62,311 bases of DNA, filler included, from Chiloscyllium plagiosum (GCF_004010195.1; 3 parts of one record of this genome joined end to end with filler, not necessarily neighbours in it), one strand, 5' to 3'; numbered from the whole stretch's first letter, positions 11,901 through 25,199 are shown. Program-made: numbers and translations. Notes: generated by a model not told the origin, from the letters alone.

Positions 11901-14069
11901 AGACTTCTTACCCCCATGTAGTCTTCATTTAAGTCTATGAGAACGATAAATTGGTGCCAAATGCTTGTCAACTTTATGATATGAAAACGTCGTTGAGTTA
12001 AATGGGACTATATAATTTCAAAAATACAATATATTACCTCAATGTGAATTGGTTCCAAGCATTAAAAAAAAGCATTTGCTCAAATTATGAAATTATTTTA
12101 TGAAATTGGAAAATGGAAAAGCTTTTTCTTTCATTTTTCATGGCTTTTGTGTGCTGCATTTATCCCCCTGTTTGACATTCAATGCGGTCTTACAGATTGT
12201 TGGGGGATTCAGATTTTATTGTGGATAAAGAATGAAACAGGAGAGGGCAAGATTTGGTCAGATACATTTACACAGATGGATCACAGGTTGGAGAATTCTT
12301 TGTTACTTAGCATTGTTATTCTGATATTTGAATGCTACAATTAAATAACATAAACTGGAATATATCATCAACAATGTAATCCAAGAGCTTGATGGTTTTA
12401 TAGACATAATCCACATATTTAGAATAATGTGTTAAATGTATTAACATTCATTTGTTGATAACTAATGCACTTGTGCAAATAGCATACATTCACATCAAAC
12501 AAATGTTTTTGTGATTTGCTTTATCTTTCAGTGTTACTGTTATTCTATTAAACTCGTTAACCATCATTTATTCCAGCAATGATGTGATCTATATTGCAGG
12601 CAATCAATATTAACTCCATTCCTGACAGTCACTGGAGCATTATGTACATAGATTGAATTTGATATTTCATTGTAAAAACTCACAGACCCAGAAAATGTGC
12701 AGTTATTGAGGCACAGCTCCACGAGGACAATGGTCTATTCATTTGCTTTATATTGGAAAGCTAGAGACTGAAATACAAACCAGTTTTTAAGATAGTGAGG
12801 GCTCTAGCACATTTCTCTCTATTTTGTCGATATTTTGCTCTGCTTACTATGAAATATACCAAAAAGCAACAATATTAACATAGGTAACAACTTGGAAATT
12901 CTATCATAATGATTAAACACTGACATGCCATTAACTTCAGTATGCAGTGGCTTCCTTGTGATTTAGTTTGATGCTCTGGGTTATTACTTTGAGGATACGA
13001 TTGGATTGACATTTCTTTTCCCTTTAAAGGGTTGCAAGCATGTGAACATGAAAGGCGGTTTAATGCGAATGTGTAAAAACACAAGACATGCTTTTAATTT
13101 TTAACAATTATGACAGTCTAAATTAACCCAAAATGCACTTGAACTAAATCTGACACGAGATGCAACATTACGTTTTCATAAATTATAGTTTAGTTTTTGA
13201 TGTTCTTACTATAATGTTTGAAACCTATATGTGTATGTAAAATAAGAAATGCTAGATTTGAAGGAATAAAAGCAAGACAATTTTTGTTATTCACACTAAC
13301 ATTTGCAGGTGATATATCTATGTTCAGCATGGAACAGGGAATGATTACTCTGAAGTTTCCATCCTTTGTGCTCCTGGTACAGTCACAGGACAGAAAAAGT
13401 GCAGAATGGAGTGTTCCAATGCTTTGCAGATTTGATATCTGGCGAAGGCATTTATGTTGCTTGTTAGTTGGTGGATCTATAGTTTATATTAATGCATAAA
13501 ATAAGTTTCATTTCAATATGCATTTGGAGGATACAGGTGTGTGCATGTATGATTCTTCAAATCTCACCTTATTTCTGGTGTTCATATTTTGCCATTCTGT
13601 GCCCTCTGTGGTCTACAAGATAGCTACCTGGAGCTCTCTCTGTGGAAGGCCTTGGGTTGGATTTCTTCATTGCTGACCTACATCTTCAATATGAGTTTTG
13701 TTCCAGTTTGTGAGTTTCTAAAAATCATTGAATCTGTTTAATATTGCATGACAAGGTCAACCAACCCACTGGTCCTGACCCATCCTTTGAATACACTCAC
13801 TGCTCAGTCAATGATATCTGCACTGGCTTGACCACATTATTGGATGGAAAACATATCTCCAAAAAACAATTGATCAGTGAACTGGTCACTGGGTTGTGAT
13901 TGCCTGATGCCCATAATTCTGCTTCAAGACAAGTTTGCTGTGTGTGTGATATGAATGTTGGACATAGACACGGGCAGCTCTGATAGTCACTAATGGCTGT
14001 GTCACCTGGAGAGTTGACTGTTTCAGAAGGCCATTTGGAGAGTGAGCAGAAAAGGAAAGTTCAGCTGCT

Positions 14070-14600
14070 TTTAGAATCATAGAATTAGAGAATCCCTATG
14101 TTTGACTCATGAAGGCCACACTGACCCTCTGGAAGCTTCCCACCCACCTAGCCTGCATGTCCCTGGACACTATGGGCAATTTAAGCGAAAGTGAGGACTG
14201 CAGATGCTGGAAAAGAGAGTTTAGATCAGAGTGGTGCTGGAAAAGCGTAGCAGGTCAGGCAGCATCCGAAAAGCTGGAAAATCAACGTTTCGGGCAAAAG
14301 CCCTTCATCAGGAATCACAGGAATCAGAATTCCTGATGAAGGGCTTTTGTCGAAATGTCGATTCTCCTGCTCCTCGGATGCTGCCTGACCTGCTGTGCTT
14401 TTCCAGCACCACTCTAATCTTGACTCTGGGCAATTTAGCATGGCCAATTCACCCTGACCTGCGCATCTTTGGACTGTGGGAGGAAACCAGAGCACCCAGA
14501 GGAAACCAATGCAGACACGGGGAGAATGTGCAAACTCCACACAGAGAGTCGCCTGAGGCTGGAATCAAACCTGGGACCCTGGCACTGTGAGGCAGCAGTG
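14070..14600 (-). mobile_element. HE1-like SINE interrupted by a palindromic PLE mini-element
   Basis: Reverse: cactgctgcctcacagtgccagggtcccaggtttgattcc...tgtggagtttgcacattctcccc...gctaaattgccc. Confidence 0.85.
14184..14426. mobile_element. Head-to-head palindromic family A mini-element
   Basis: TSD tgggcaattta at 14173-14183 and 14427-14437; two inverted arms, each with ctgatgaagggctttt..gaaa. Confidence 0.9.
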
Positions 14601-14639
14601 CTTGTGAGAAGAGTCCAGAGAAAATGGAAAACAAAACAA

Positions 14640-14980
14640 GAACAGCGAATGTTGGAAAACAGAAATTTCTGGAGAAATTTAGTAGGTCTGGTAGCATCTG
14701 TGGAGAGAAATCAGAGTTAATGTTTCAGGTCCAGTGACACAGAACACAGAACATTACAGCGCAGTACAGGCCCTTCGGCCCTCGATGTTACGCTGACCTG
14801 TGAAACCAATCTGAAGCCCATCTACCCTACACCACTGCATTGTCGTCCATATGTTTATCCAAAGACCATTTAAATGCCCTTAAAATTGGTGATCTTTCTT
14901 CCAAATTTTTAACTCTGCTTTCTTCCCACAGTATTGCCAGACCTGCTGATGTTCTCCAGCAATTTGTTTCTGTTTCTAGA
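14640..14980. mobile_element. Inverted family C pair with a CR1 tail inserted at the centre
   Basis: ~14655-14737 reverse tail; ~14905-14975 forward tail; CR1 tail acagaacacagaacattacagc between them. Confidence 0.65.
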
Positions 14981-15576
14981 GAAAATGCGAATCTTGCACT
15001 AATTTCACAACACACAGACCTCCTCTGCAGTAAATCTGGCTAAGGTGGCAAGGTCAGTGGGAGACTCTGCTTACTACCGACAGTGCTTGACGCATCATGG
15101 CACTAACCATTAACATGTGAGACTGAAGGCTGTCACAAAGAGATTAGATAACCTTACACATAGGGCCATACAGCATGGAAACAGATCCTCCAATCCAATC
15201 ATGTCCCCAAACTTAGCTAGTTCCATCTACCTCCATTTGGCGCATATTTCTCTAAACCTTTTCTATTCATGTCCTTATCTAAATGTCTTTAAATGGTGCA
15301 TTCACCACTTTCTCTGGAAGTTCATTCCGCACACGAATCACACTCTGTGGAAAAAGATTGCCCCTCATGTCCTTTTTATCACCTTAATAAGATGCCCCCT
15401 AGTTTTGAACTCCCCCACTCTCGGGAAAAGACCTTGCTGTTCACCTTATTCATGCCCCTCATGATTTTAGAAACCTCTATAATGTCGCTTCTCAACCTCT
15501 GAAACACCAGCAAAAAATGTTCCAGTCTTTCCAGTCTATCTTTATAACCCAAACTTTTCCAACAGCTTGGTAAATG

Positions 15577-15845
15577 GCTGGCATGGTGGCTCAGTGGTTA
15601 GCAGGCTCGATTCCCACCTCTGGCCACTGTCTGTGTGGGTTCCCTCTGGGTGCTCTGCTTTCCGCCCACAATCCAAAGATGTGCAGGTCAGGTGATTGGC
15701 TATGCTAAATTGCCCACACTGTTAGGTGCATTATTCAGGGGTAAATATAGGGGCGGGGAATGGGTCTGGGTGGGTTAGTCTTTGGAGGGTCGGTGTGGAC
15801 CTGTTGGGCTGAAGGGCCTGTTTCCACACTGTTGGAACTCTAACC
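15577..15845 (+). mobile_element. HE1-like SINE (internally deleted)
   Basis: ggcatggtggctcagtggttagca head; gctaaattgccc body; gggctgaagggcctgtttcc CR1-type tail. Confidence 0.85.
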
Positions 15846-17411
15846 TAAATCTCTTCTAAACCTTCTCGAATGTAGTATATCCCTCCTATAATAGGATGAC
15901 CAAAACTGTGGACAGTATTCCAGAAGAGGCCTCATTAATGTCCTGTACAACCTCAACACCTACACTCAGGTCTGAGCAATGAAGGCAAGTGTGCTGGACC
16001 CCTTCTTAACCACACTGTTTACTTGTGACATACATTTCAAACAATTATGTACCTGTTTCTCGTTACCCAGGCCCTACAGTCACTGTGTAAGTCCTGCCCT
16101 TGTCTGTTTTGCCATTGCAAAATCTCACATTTATCCAAATTAAACTCCATCTGGTATTCCTCAGCCCACTGATCCAATTGATCAAAATCTGTTTGTAATC
16201 TTAGATAAACTTCTTCACTGTCCACTTTACCACCAATTTCGGTGTCATCCTTAAACTTACTAACCACGTTTCCTAAAATCTCATCCAGATCGTTTATACA
16301 AATGACAAACAAAAATGGACCCAGCACCAATTCCTCAGGCCTCCAGTCTGAAAAACAACCTTCCACCATAAAACATAGAACATAGAACAATATAGCACAG
16401 AACAGGCCCTTCAGCCCACGATGTTGTGCCGAACATTTGTCCTAGCTTAAGCACCTATCCATGTACCTATCCAATTGCCGCTTAAAGGTCACCAAAGATT
16501 CTGACTCTACCATTCCCACAGGCAGCGCATTCCATGCCACCACCACTCTCTGGGTAAAGAACCCACCATCATGCTCGGTCTCTTGCCGTCATGTCAATCT
16601 TTTATCCAATTAGCAAACTTTCCCTGAATCCAGGTGATCTAACTTTACTAATTAGTCTGCTATGTGGAATGAAAGCCCATGTGAATAACACCCACTCTCT
16701 GCCCTCATCAATAGTCTTATTTGCTTCCTGAAAAAACTCAGTCAAGTTTGTGAGACACAATCCCCTTGCACAAAACCAAGCTGACCACTCCTAATCTGTC
16801 CTTGCCGCTCCAAATACATGTAAATCCGAACTGTCAGAATCACCTCTATCAACCTACCCATCACCGATGTCAAACTCACAGGCCTATCGTTCCCAAGCTT
16901 CAGCTTACAGACCTCCTTAAACAAAGGCACAACATTAACGACAGTCCAGTCCTCCAGCACCTCACACGTGGTGACAGATGATATATATGAATCTCTGCTA
17001 GGAGATTCCCTGGCGTCCTACAATGTCCTGGGGATTTATGCACTTTTGTGTTTTCTAAGACCTCCAGCACCCCCTCTTCTGCAATGTGGGCTGTCTTCAA
17101 GACATCAATATTTACTTTCCCAAGTTCCTTAGCCTGCATTCCTTTCTCCAAAGTAAAATCTGACGCAATATGCATTTAGCATCTCTCCCTTCTCCTGAGG
17201 TTCAACACATAGATGACCAAATTGATCTTTAAGGGGCCCTATTCTTTCCCAAGTTACTCTTTTGTTCTTAATGTACTTGTAGAATCTCTTTGGATTATCC
17301 TTGACCTTATCTGATAATGCTATATCATATCCCGTTTTTGTACTCATGATTTCCCTTATAAGAATGCGTCTACACCCTTTATACTTTTCAAGAGATTCAC
17401 TTGATCTAATG

Positions 17412-17700
17412 GGGGCAGCATGGTGGCTCAGTGGTTAGCATTGCTGCCTCACAGCACCAGGGACCCAGGTTCAATTCCTGCCTCGGGCATCTGTCTGCAT
17501 GGAGTTTGCACATTCTCCCCGTGTCTGCGTGGGTTTCCTACCACAATCCAAAGATGTGCAGGTCAGGTGAATTGGCCAAACTAAATTGCCCATAGTCAGG
17601 GGTAAATATAGGATATGGATCTAGATGGGTTGCTCTTTGGAGGATTAGTGTGGACGTGTTGGGCTGAAGGGCCTGTTTCTATACTAGAGGGAACCTAAAC
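17412..17700 (+). mobile_element. HE1-like SINE
   Basis: tggctcagtggttagca (A box), ggttcaattcc (B box), body and CR1-type tail. Confidence 0.9.
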
Positions 17701-17774
17701 TGATGTGTGACTCTTTGTTATTCTGGACCAGAACCTCAATATCTTTATTCATCCATTGTTCCCTACTCTCACCA

Positions 17775-18593
17775 AAGTTAAAGTGAGGACTGCAGATACT
17801 GGAGATCAGAATCTAGATCAGAGTCGTGCTGGAAAAGCGCAGCAGGTCAGGCAGCATCCAAGGAGCAGGAAAATCAATGTTTTGGGCAAAAGCCCTTCAT
17901 CAGGAATAGAGCTTCCAGGGTGGAGAGATAAATGGGGGTGGGGGTGGGGCTGGGGAGAAGGTAGCAAAGAGTACAATATGTGAATGGGAGTAAATATGGA
18001 GGTGATAGGTCAGAGAGGAGGGTAGAGCGGATAGGTGGGAAGGAAGATAGGCAGGTAGGACAGGTCATGAGGATGGTGCTAAGCTGGAAGGTTGGAACTG
18101 GGTAAGGTGGGGGAAGGGGAAATGAAGAAACTGTTGAAGTCCACATTGATGCCCTGGGGTTGAAGTGTTCCGAGGCGGAAGATGAGGCGTTCTTCCTCCA
18201 GGCTTTGGCTGGTAAGGGAGTGGCGGTAGAGGATGCCCAGGACCTGCATGTCCTTGGCCGAGTGGGCGGGGGTGTTGAAATGTTGGGCCGCAGGGCAGTG
18301 TGGTTGATTGGTGCGGGTGTCCCGGAGATTTTCCCTAAAGCACTCTGCGAGTAGGCATCTAGTCTCCCCAGTGTAGAGGAGACCGCATCGGGAGCAACGG
18401 ATACAGTAAGTGACGTGTGGAAGTGCAGGTGAAACTTTGATGGATGTGGAAGGCTCCTTTAGGGCCTTGGATGGAGGTGAGGGAGGAGGTGTGGGCACAG
18501 GTTTTGCAATTCCTGCGGTGGCAGGGGAGGGTGCCAGGAAGGGAGAGTGGGTTGTTGGGGGCGTTGACCTGACCAGGTAGTCACTCCTCCCCA
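17775..18593 (-). mobile_element. Penelope-like element 3' fragment with GIY-YIG endonuclease and family A tail
   Basis: ORF 18079..18603: VTYCIRCSRCGLLYTGET...RF/CFRE...QHFN...EEERLIFRLGTLQPQGIN; TSD ctactctcacca at 17763-17774 and 18594-18605. Confidence 0.92.
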
Positions 18594-18946
18594 CTACTCT
18601 CACCAGCCTTACCCTTTATTCTAACAGGGACATGCTGACTCTGAACTCTCAAAATCTCAATTTTGAAAGCCTCCCACTTGCCACTCATCCCTTTACCAAT
18701 GAACAGTCTACCCCAATCGACTTTTGAAAGTTCCTGTCTCATACCGTTAAAATTGGCCTTTCTCCAATTTAGAACTTAAACTTTTATACAAAGCCTATGC
18801 TTTTCCATAACTATTTTAAAACCAATGGAATTATGATTAATAGTCCCAAAGTGCCCCTCCACCACTAACATCTCAGTCACTGGTCTTGCCTTATTTCCTA
18901 AGATAAGGTCAGGTTTTGCTCCTCTCAAAATATCATAATTATAAGG

Positions 18947-19713
18947 GTTATGAAGTTGAAGATATGTACTATACCTTTAAGAGAGAGTGAATACTGTTTT
19001 GCACTGAGAGCTTACCAGCACCTGTTGTATGACTAGCTGGTAGTCTTAGAGTGTACTGAAAAATTGAAAATATGTAACTTATGGCTGTGAAACAGATACC
19101 TGAGTTCATTGCTGCTTTGACATCAATTCAAACTTAACCAATCAGTTTAAATTATGCCCCAGGATACTACAACAAAATCAATTTTGAATTTATTGTTTTT
19201 GCCAACCTTGAATCTATGTGATGATCCAATGTTTGGATCCAAGAAGGAAGCATTTTGAAAGTTAGACAGAGAGTAACTGTCATTGAGAGGGACTGCCAGT
19301 CAAAACACTTACTATCGAAGGTATCTTTCTCATATGAAATATGTTTGCAGTAGAGGACTGAAGATGACCCAAAGAGATTTACAGCCGAAAGGAGAAGGAT
19401 ATTGGAGACGACAGCCGCTGTGTGGTATGGAACTTAAGTTGATATAATTTTAATACAGGTTTTTATGGGGACAGTAAGTTGTTTTAGAGGTGGAGGGAGA
19501 TAACAAACATCTAAGAGGAAAGGAGGCTTAGAGTTGTAAATAGTAGTTGTTTAACGTTCACGTTTAGAGTTAAAGAATAGATTGATGTTTTTTCTTTAAA
19601 TAGTGAAACTTGGGAGTTCTCTGTCACTCATACTTTAACAGATTACGAGGTGAGGTGAGTTTTTCTGGGTGTTTGGTTTAATTAAACAGTGGGGTACACC
19701 GCTGTGTTATAAT
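18947..19713 (+). mobile_element. Probable solo LTR
   Basis: ~770 bp non-coding block with degenerate inverted termini (ggttatg...ttataatg) and a possible taag TSD. Confidence 0.45.
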
Positions 19714-19719
19714 GTAAGT

Positions 19720-22080
19720 GTGGAGCCATGACAACTAGCAATCCAGAGGCTCCATGAGGAAGAGATGGAGGAGAAAGAGGCGGCGACGGAAAGAAGGCAT
19801 CTTGGATTCCTTTGTTCCGGACAGGCCACTCACATTCAACTTTCAATAGGATGACATTCCTTTCACCCTCCATCTGAGCTAACTGGTTATCATGTCCCCT
19901 CGGTCAGTAAAAAATCATTGCTAACAAAAAAACAAACTTTGCACTTCCATTTTACCCAACAGCACAGCCAACTAGATAAACAAAATTGAACACTTTAATC
20001 TAATTCATTCTCTCCATGACCTCTTCATGGGTTCCTTTGCCTTGTATAAGGCTCCCCCAGTGGCTGCAGGGTAAAGCTGCAGATAGTGCTGGACCATGCA
20101 CTTATGTAGCTGTGGATCTGCGTGGCCTGGCGATGACACTGTTGCCTTAATATGGACTGGCTGAAACTCCACTGGCACAGAGGCATGGTGGGGCAGTGGG
20201 AGAGAGAGCACTGACTTCAGGCTTCACCTTGACAGCTGGTATCTTGCCAATCTTAGCAATCTGTTAGAAACCACAGGTTGTAGTGGGAGCCTGCATCTCT
20301 CTGTGAACACTGGGATTTATAGCTAGTCTGGCAGCAAGTCAGCACCCGCTGACCTCAGTCTGAGCTTCCAAAGCACACAGAGACATTGACATTCCTCTCC
20401 CTCTGGGTCCACTGTGTCTCCTCAGTGGGTGAAGCCTGGCAATTGTTACTTGCCTTTACAGGGCCTTCCTCAGGATTTTGCACTCTAGACACGTCTCCTG
20501 AGAATTCCTGGTCAATCAAAAGCAGCACCTCCCCAGGAGAAGAGCCAGTAACCAGGGACCCTCCAAAGATTCAGCCAAAGGCTCCCAAGGAATGGAGATA
20601 CAGGACATGGAAGGGAAGAAGGGTTTGAGGCAAACCAGGCTTTGGCAGCTCCTGATGCCAGCTCCCTTGGCCTGGCGCAGGATGAACAATGATGAAGGCC
20701 AGCAACCCTTCTCCCAAGATTACTGGGAACATGGCAGAGTTCTGTTTTTGGCTTTTGGGAGGCATGGGAGAATTGTGTTCCTGAGGTGCCACTGAATTCC
20801 TGCCAGCTGGTGCATTCATGCAGTTTCTACCCTCGGGCTTCCAGCTTCCAACTTTATTGGGGACAGTTTCCCAATGTCAGGAAGCAAATGTGAACACTCA
20901 GATCCAACTCTTCCAACCTCCCCCTCTGGCAGTCTAAGTTAGCTCTACCCATCAAATAATGTCCAACCTAGGAACGTGGGATTGAAGCTGAAACATCACC
21001 ACAAATTGCTACATTGTTGTTGGGATGTTCAAGTGCTGTCAGGGAGTTGTCCTCCATTTATACTCCGTTAGAGGTGCACTCCAGGCTCTGAGTAGTACCC
21101 TGTATCTCATTGGAGTCAGTTCCCTCGACACTCTTTATGAGTGACAACACACTGTATGGCTGACCTGCCAAAACACCAAGCATCTCTATCTGCTACTCAC
21201 TCTGTATTCTCCTGTACACTCTCCCCTATTGCTGTCCTTTCTGAATCCCCTGTGGTAGAACTCAGCAGCTTACCTCGAATACCTGGCATCGCTGATGTCT
21301 GGGTCACTCACTGGCTGCTGTCCAATAAGGGTATGTGTATTACCAGTGTCTGAATAATCACCTATCAGGGCCTTCTCATCACTCCTGTACTATTTCTCTC
21401 TTTCAGTCTCTCTCCCACCCTTCCTCTTCAGGCTGCTATGTCTGGGAGGGTGAGTATTCTTGGTTTCCCATTGTAATATCAGAAGGGGACATTTGGGGTG
21501 AGGCAGCAGTCATGAAGCATAATGACTGAGGCCCAGGATCACCATATCCACAGCTTGTATTTCACATCCAAGTACAGGATGAGGTGGGAGCTAGAGGGAG
21601 CTGGAAAAGCGAATGAGGCAGGAGCATATCATTGAATAGAGCCAGGGGGCTAACTGGTACAGCCCTGTGGGGGGTTTCAGGCTGGGCTTACCAGTAAGGT
21701 TCCATGTGTAGTATTCCTCAAGCCTCCCAGCCCATGGACAATTTTAAATGGAGCAGATGTAGCCTGACACCCTCTCAGCCCAGTTGCTGCCCTCAGTCCA
21801 AGGGCAGTGTGGGAAGGCCCTGAGTAGGAAAATGGCAGGAGTTTCCTTCAATTCCACGTTTGGTGCCCCTTCCAAGACCTGTCTCCTTCGAGTACTCCAT
21901 CCAGCCTCTCCAATTCTGTCTCCACCCCTCCCTCAGATGTTAGCTCCCTTCCCTGGTGTGAGACCAAGACTTAGAAACCTGCTGTTGCATGCTGACCCAG
22001 CCCTGGCCACTTCTGCAACTGACAAGCCCAATCTCTCTAAATCTTTCCTTGTGTCAATCTTGGGTCTTACAAATGGCCGA
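19720..22080. mobile_element. Possible highly decayed PIF/Harbinger-type DNA transposon
   Basis: Acidic C-terminal-like stretch HEEEMEEKEAATERR...SGQA on +, followed by a GC-balanced region with minus-strand donor-like sites; no TIRs found. Confidence 0.25.
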
Positions 22081-22082
22081 AG

Positions 22083-22295
22083 GTAAAGTTGCCATCGACC
22101 CATCGAGCTGCTCTCTGATTACAGAGAGATAGTTTGTGGTGGGAGTTTAAACACAGGGGTTTAACCTGAGGGTCACCGTGCCTCAGGCAAGGGGCTATTG
22201 TGGTACCTTCATGGTGACCTCAGCCTTTACAAGAAATGAACCTATGCTGATGGTATCCCTGTACACCACAAACCAGCCATCCAGCCAACCGAGCT
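22083..22295 (-). mobile_element. tRNA-derived SINE (second copy at 41695-41895)
   Basis: Reverse head agctcggttggctggatggctgg; shared ggtttaacctgagggtcacc..gcctca core. Confidence 0.7.
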
Positions 22296-23135
22296 TTCAG
22301 AGGGGGCTGGTAATGTCATCGACACATTGATGTTAATTTTCCAAAATTCCCTCGACTTTGGGAAAGTTCCAACCAACTGGAAAACAACAAATATTATTCC
22401 ACTATTCAAGAAGGAAGTGAGGCAGGAACCAGGTAGGTTAGTTACCTTGATGGCAGTTTTGGGGAAGACTTTAGAATTGATAATTAGAGAAGTTATAACT
22501 CAGAGCTTAAAACAATTTAAGACCATCAGGATGAATCAGCATGGTTTTGTCAAAGGGAATTCATGTTTAAACAATTTTTTGGATGTCTGTGATATGTTCT
22601 GTTGATAAAGGGGGAGGGACAGGGAGGTGTAAATGCCCTGTATCTGGGTTACCAGAGGGCAATGAACAAGGTATCATATAAAAAGCTATTGCACTGAGTA
22701 AGAGTTTATGGTGTAGTGTGTAACATAGAGGATTGGCTGACTTTCAGAAAACAGCGAAGATGCACACCTGGGTCATATTTTGATGAACAAGATCAGACGT
22801 GTGAAGCTCTGCAAGATTGGCAATGGAGCCTCAGCTATTTTGCAATTTATTTAAATAATTTAAATAAGAAAAACAATGGCATAGAGATTAAATTTGCAGA
22901 TGGCACCAAGATAAATAGGTATTGATGTCACGAATGGTTTGTAAGGAGGATAAAAAAACCCAAACAATATACATGTTAAGTGAACAGACTAAGGCTTGGC
23001 AGAAGGAATGTAATGTTGGAAAATGTGAAGTTGTTCACTTCTTAAAGAAGAATAAAAAAGTAGACTATTACTTCTGCAGAGAATGGCCGCACAATTCTGT
23101 GTTGCTGATATTCTGTTACATGAATCACACCATGT
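22296..23135 (+). mobile_element. Decayed CR1 RT fragment
   Basis: ORF 22327..22605 IFQNSLDFGKVPTNWK..NIIPLFKK, QHGFVKGNSC; FADGTK. Confidence 0.85.
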
Positions 23136-23139
23136 TATT

Positions 23140-23437
23140 ATAGAACATAGAACATAGAACATAGAACAGTACAGCACAGAACAGGCCCTTCAGCCCACGA
23201 TGTTGTGCTGACCACTGATCCTCATGTATGCACCATCAAATTTCTGTGACCATATGCATGTCCAGTAGTCTCTTAAATGTCCCCAATGACCTTGCTTCCA
23301 CAACTGCTACTGGCAACGCATTCCATGCTCTCACAACTCTCTGTGCAAAGAACCCGCCTCTGACATCCCCTCTATACTTTCCTACAACCAGCTTAAAACT
23401 ATGACCCCTCGTGTTAGTCATTTCTGCCCTGGGAAAN
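23140..23437 (-). mobile_element. CR1 3' end
   Basis: (atagaac)n tail; ORF 23236..23421 TRGHSFKL...FFAQRVVRAWNALP. Confidence 0.9.
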
Positions 23438-23537
23438 NNNNNNNNNNNNNNNNNNNNNNNNNNNNNNNNNNNNNNNNNNNTTAATTAATTAANNNNNNNN
23501 NNNNNNNNNNNNNNNNNNNNNNNNNNNNNNNNNNNNA
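23438..23537. other. Assembly gap with TTAATTAATTAA linker (also at 44529-44628)
   Basis: 100-nt N block with a central six-frame-stop linker, identical at both sites. Confidence 0.95.
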
Positions 23538-23700
23538 GGAAGAGTTGGGTAGAGCTCTCAAGGATTGTGGAATCAAGGGTTATGGAGATAAGGCAGGAAC
23601 AGGATACTGATTAAGGATGATCAGCCATGATCATATTGAATGGTGGTGCAGGCTTGAAGGGCAGAATGGCCTACTCCTGCACCTATTGTCTATTGTTTGT
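23538..23700 (+). mobile_element. CR1 3' UTR
   Basis: gatcagccatgatcatattgaatggtggtgcaggc...ctattgtctattgt tail; same family as 62005-62311. Confidence 0.9.
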
Positions 23701-23825
23701 TGATCCAGGCTGGCCACATTATTTTCCTCTCTATCTTTTTCTTTTTTTCTTCTGTTTTTGTTTTCTTCATCTTCCTGATGTTGCAGGGAGGTAGGAAGAG
23801 TGTTGTTGGGGACTCGGGTTCGTCG

Positions 23826-24080
23826 GTCGGATGTGGATTCTAGGTCGGATGTGGATTCTAGGTCGGATGTGGATTTGTAGGCCTGGTGTGGATTCGTAGG
23901 TTGGATGTGGATTCGTAGGCCTGATGTGGATTTGTAGGCCTGATGCGGATTTGTAGGCCTGATGTGGATTTGTCAGCCTGATGTGGTTTTGTAGGCCTGA
24001 TGTGGATAGGTAGGCCTGATCTGGATTTGTAGGCCTGATGTGGATTTGTAGGCCCGATGTGGATTTGTAGGCCTGATGCG
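23826..24080. repeat. 18/19-bp minisatellite (~13 copies)
   Basis: gtaggcctgatgtggattt units. Confidence 0.95.
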
Positions 24081-24739
24081 TGGGCTTCTGGAATAGCAGC
24101 AGGGTGTCAGCTCCAACGGTGGTAGAGCATGAACTCTTGGCAGCATCAGTGGGTCATTGACTGTAGCGGTGTCAGTGCCCAGAGTGGGGACTCCTGGCTG
24201 CAGTAGGCCCGGAGCAGGGACTCCTGGATGTCGTAGGGCCGGGTTGGGGTCCTTGCCGAAGTTCTGGATCTGTATTTAGGATCCCAGCTAATGAAGATGA
24301 TCTCTGTTTAGGTGCTTTCTTTTATTCTTCTTGTACATCAACATGGCACCAACTTGTGGCAACAGAGCACTTTTCACTCTATCGCCCTAGATAGATGCAA
24401 CAATAAATAAATCATTCACATATTCAGATTTGGAAGATAGAAAACAATGCAGAACTCGGAGTTTTTCCAGCTATTTCTGTTTTTGTTGCCTTTGTACACT
24501 GTTACCATTATGCACTGTGACCTGTAATCATCATGTGACTTCTTATGTTATCTATTCTTGGTAAAGATTTGAGAGATTAGACCATGCAACCTTTCACATG
24601 TCACAATGAAATAGCTGCACGGAGGCTGGTATCTGACCACCATATCCCCCTTTATTCACATGTACACTGCACATGGACTCTGACCAACCAGCTCAGAGCC
24701 AGGCCCTGCAGTGAGGAGACTCTTTGAATCCCTGGCTTA

Positions 24740-25187
24740 CTTTTTTTTCCTGTTTTTTTTATTAAACAATTACAAAACAGTTTACAAAAAACAGTTAACA
24801 TTTACAGCTGCATACAGAGAAACAGCAATTTTACAAGGGAGAGGGGCAGCAAAGCCAGGCCCCGAACCCTGACATTCAACCAGTTTACGGGGAAATGAGG
24901 ACAAACCTCAAATTCCAGTTTCAAGCATGACAAGACAGCAACAATGACATTTTTACATAAAAAGACAATCCAGTTACATTAAAAAAAAAGCAGTGCATAC
25001 AATACAGACCCAACAAGCCCCCGTCCCTCCCACCTTCCGGCCACTCTGAGGCAGCCTGCCCCCATGCCCCTTGTAGTTCTCAGTCCACCCTGACACACCT
25101 TTCGACCACCCCTAGGACAGTCCGCCTGGGTGACAGCGGTCAGGACGGCCTTCCGACTCTTGGTCTGCCCCTACATACCATTGGGCT
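24740..25187 (-). mobile_element. Poly(A)-tailed L1/Tx1-type LINE 3' end
   Basis: Poly-T at the left end; bounded by aatccctggctt repeats. Confidence 0.65.
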
Positions 25188-25199
25188 AATCCCTGGCTT

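Larger units (their letters stand above)
15150..18930 (-). mobile_element. Long decayed CR1 (EN to RT) carrying nested SINE, CR1 and Penelope insertions
   Basis: ORFs 17129..17347 (VKDNPKRFYKYIKNKR), 16742..16960 (NVVPLFK, RPVSLTSV), 16037..16390 (VLGPFLFVICINDLD). Confidence 0.9.

Noticed and set aside
17412..17485. tRNA-like sequences at SINE heads (also 4368, 15577, 50830)
   Set aside because: They are Pol III heads of SINEs continuing into SINE bodies, not standalone tRNA genes.
23481..23492. TTAATTAATTAA island inside N runs (also 44573-44584)
   Set aside because: Scaffolding linker with stops in all frames; not biological.
23826..24080. CRISPR-like appearance of short repeats (also 7270-7480)
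   Set aside because: Head-to-tail units without unique spacers, no cas genes, vertebrate context.
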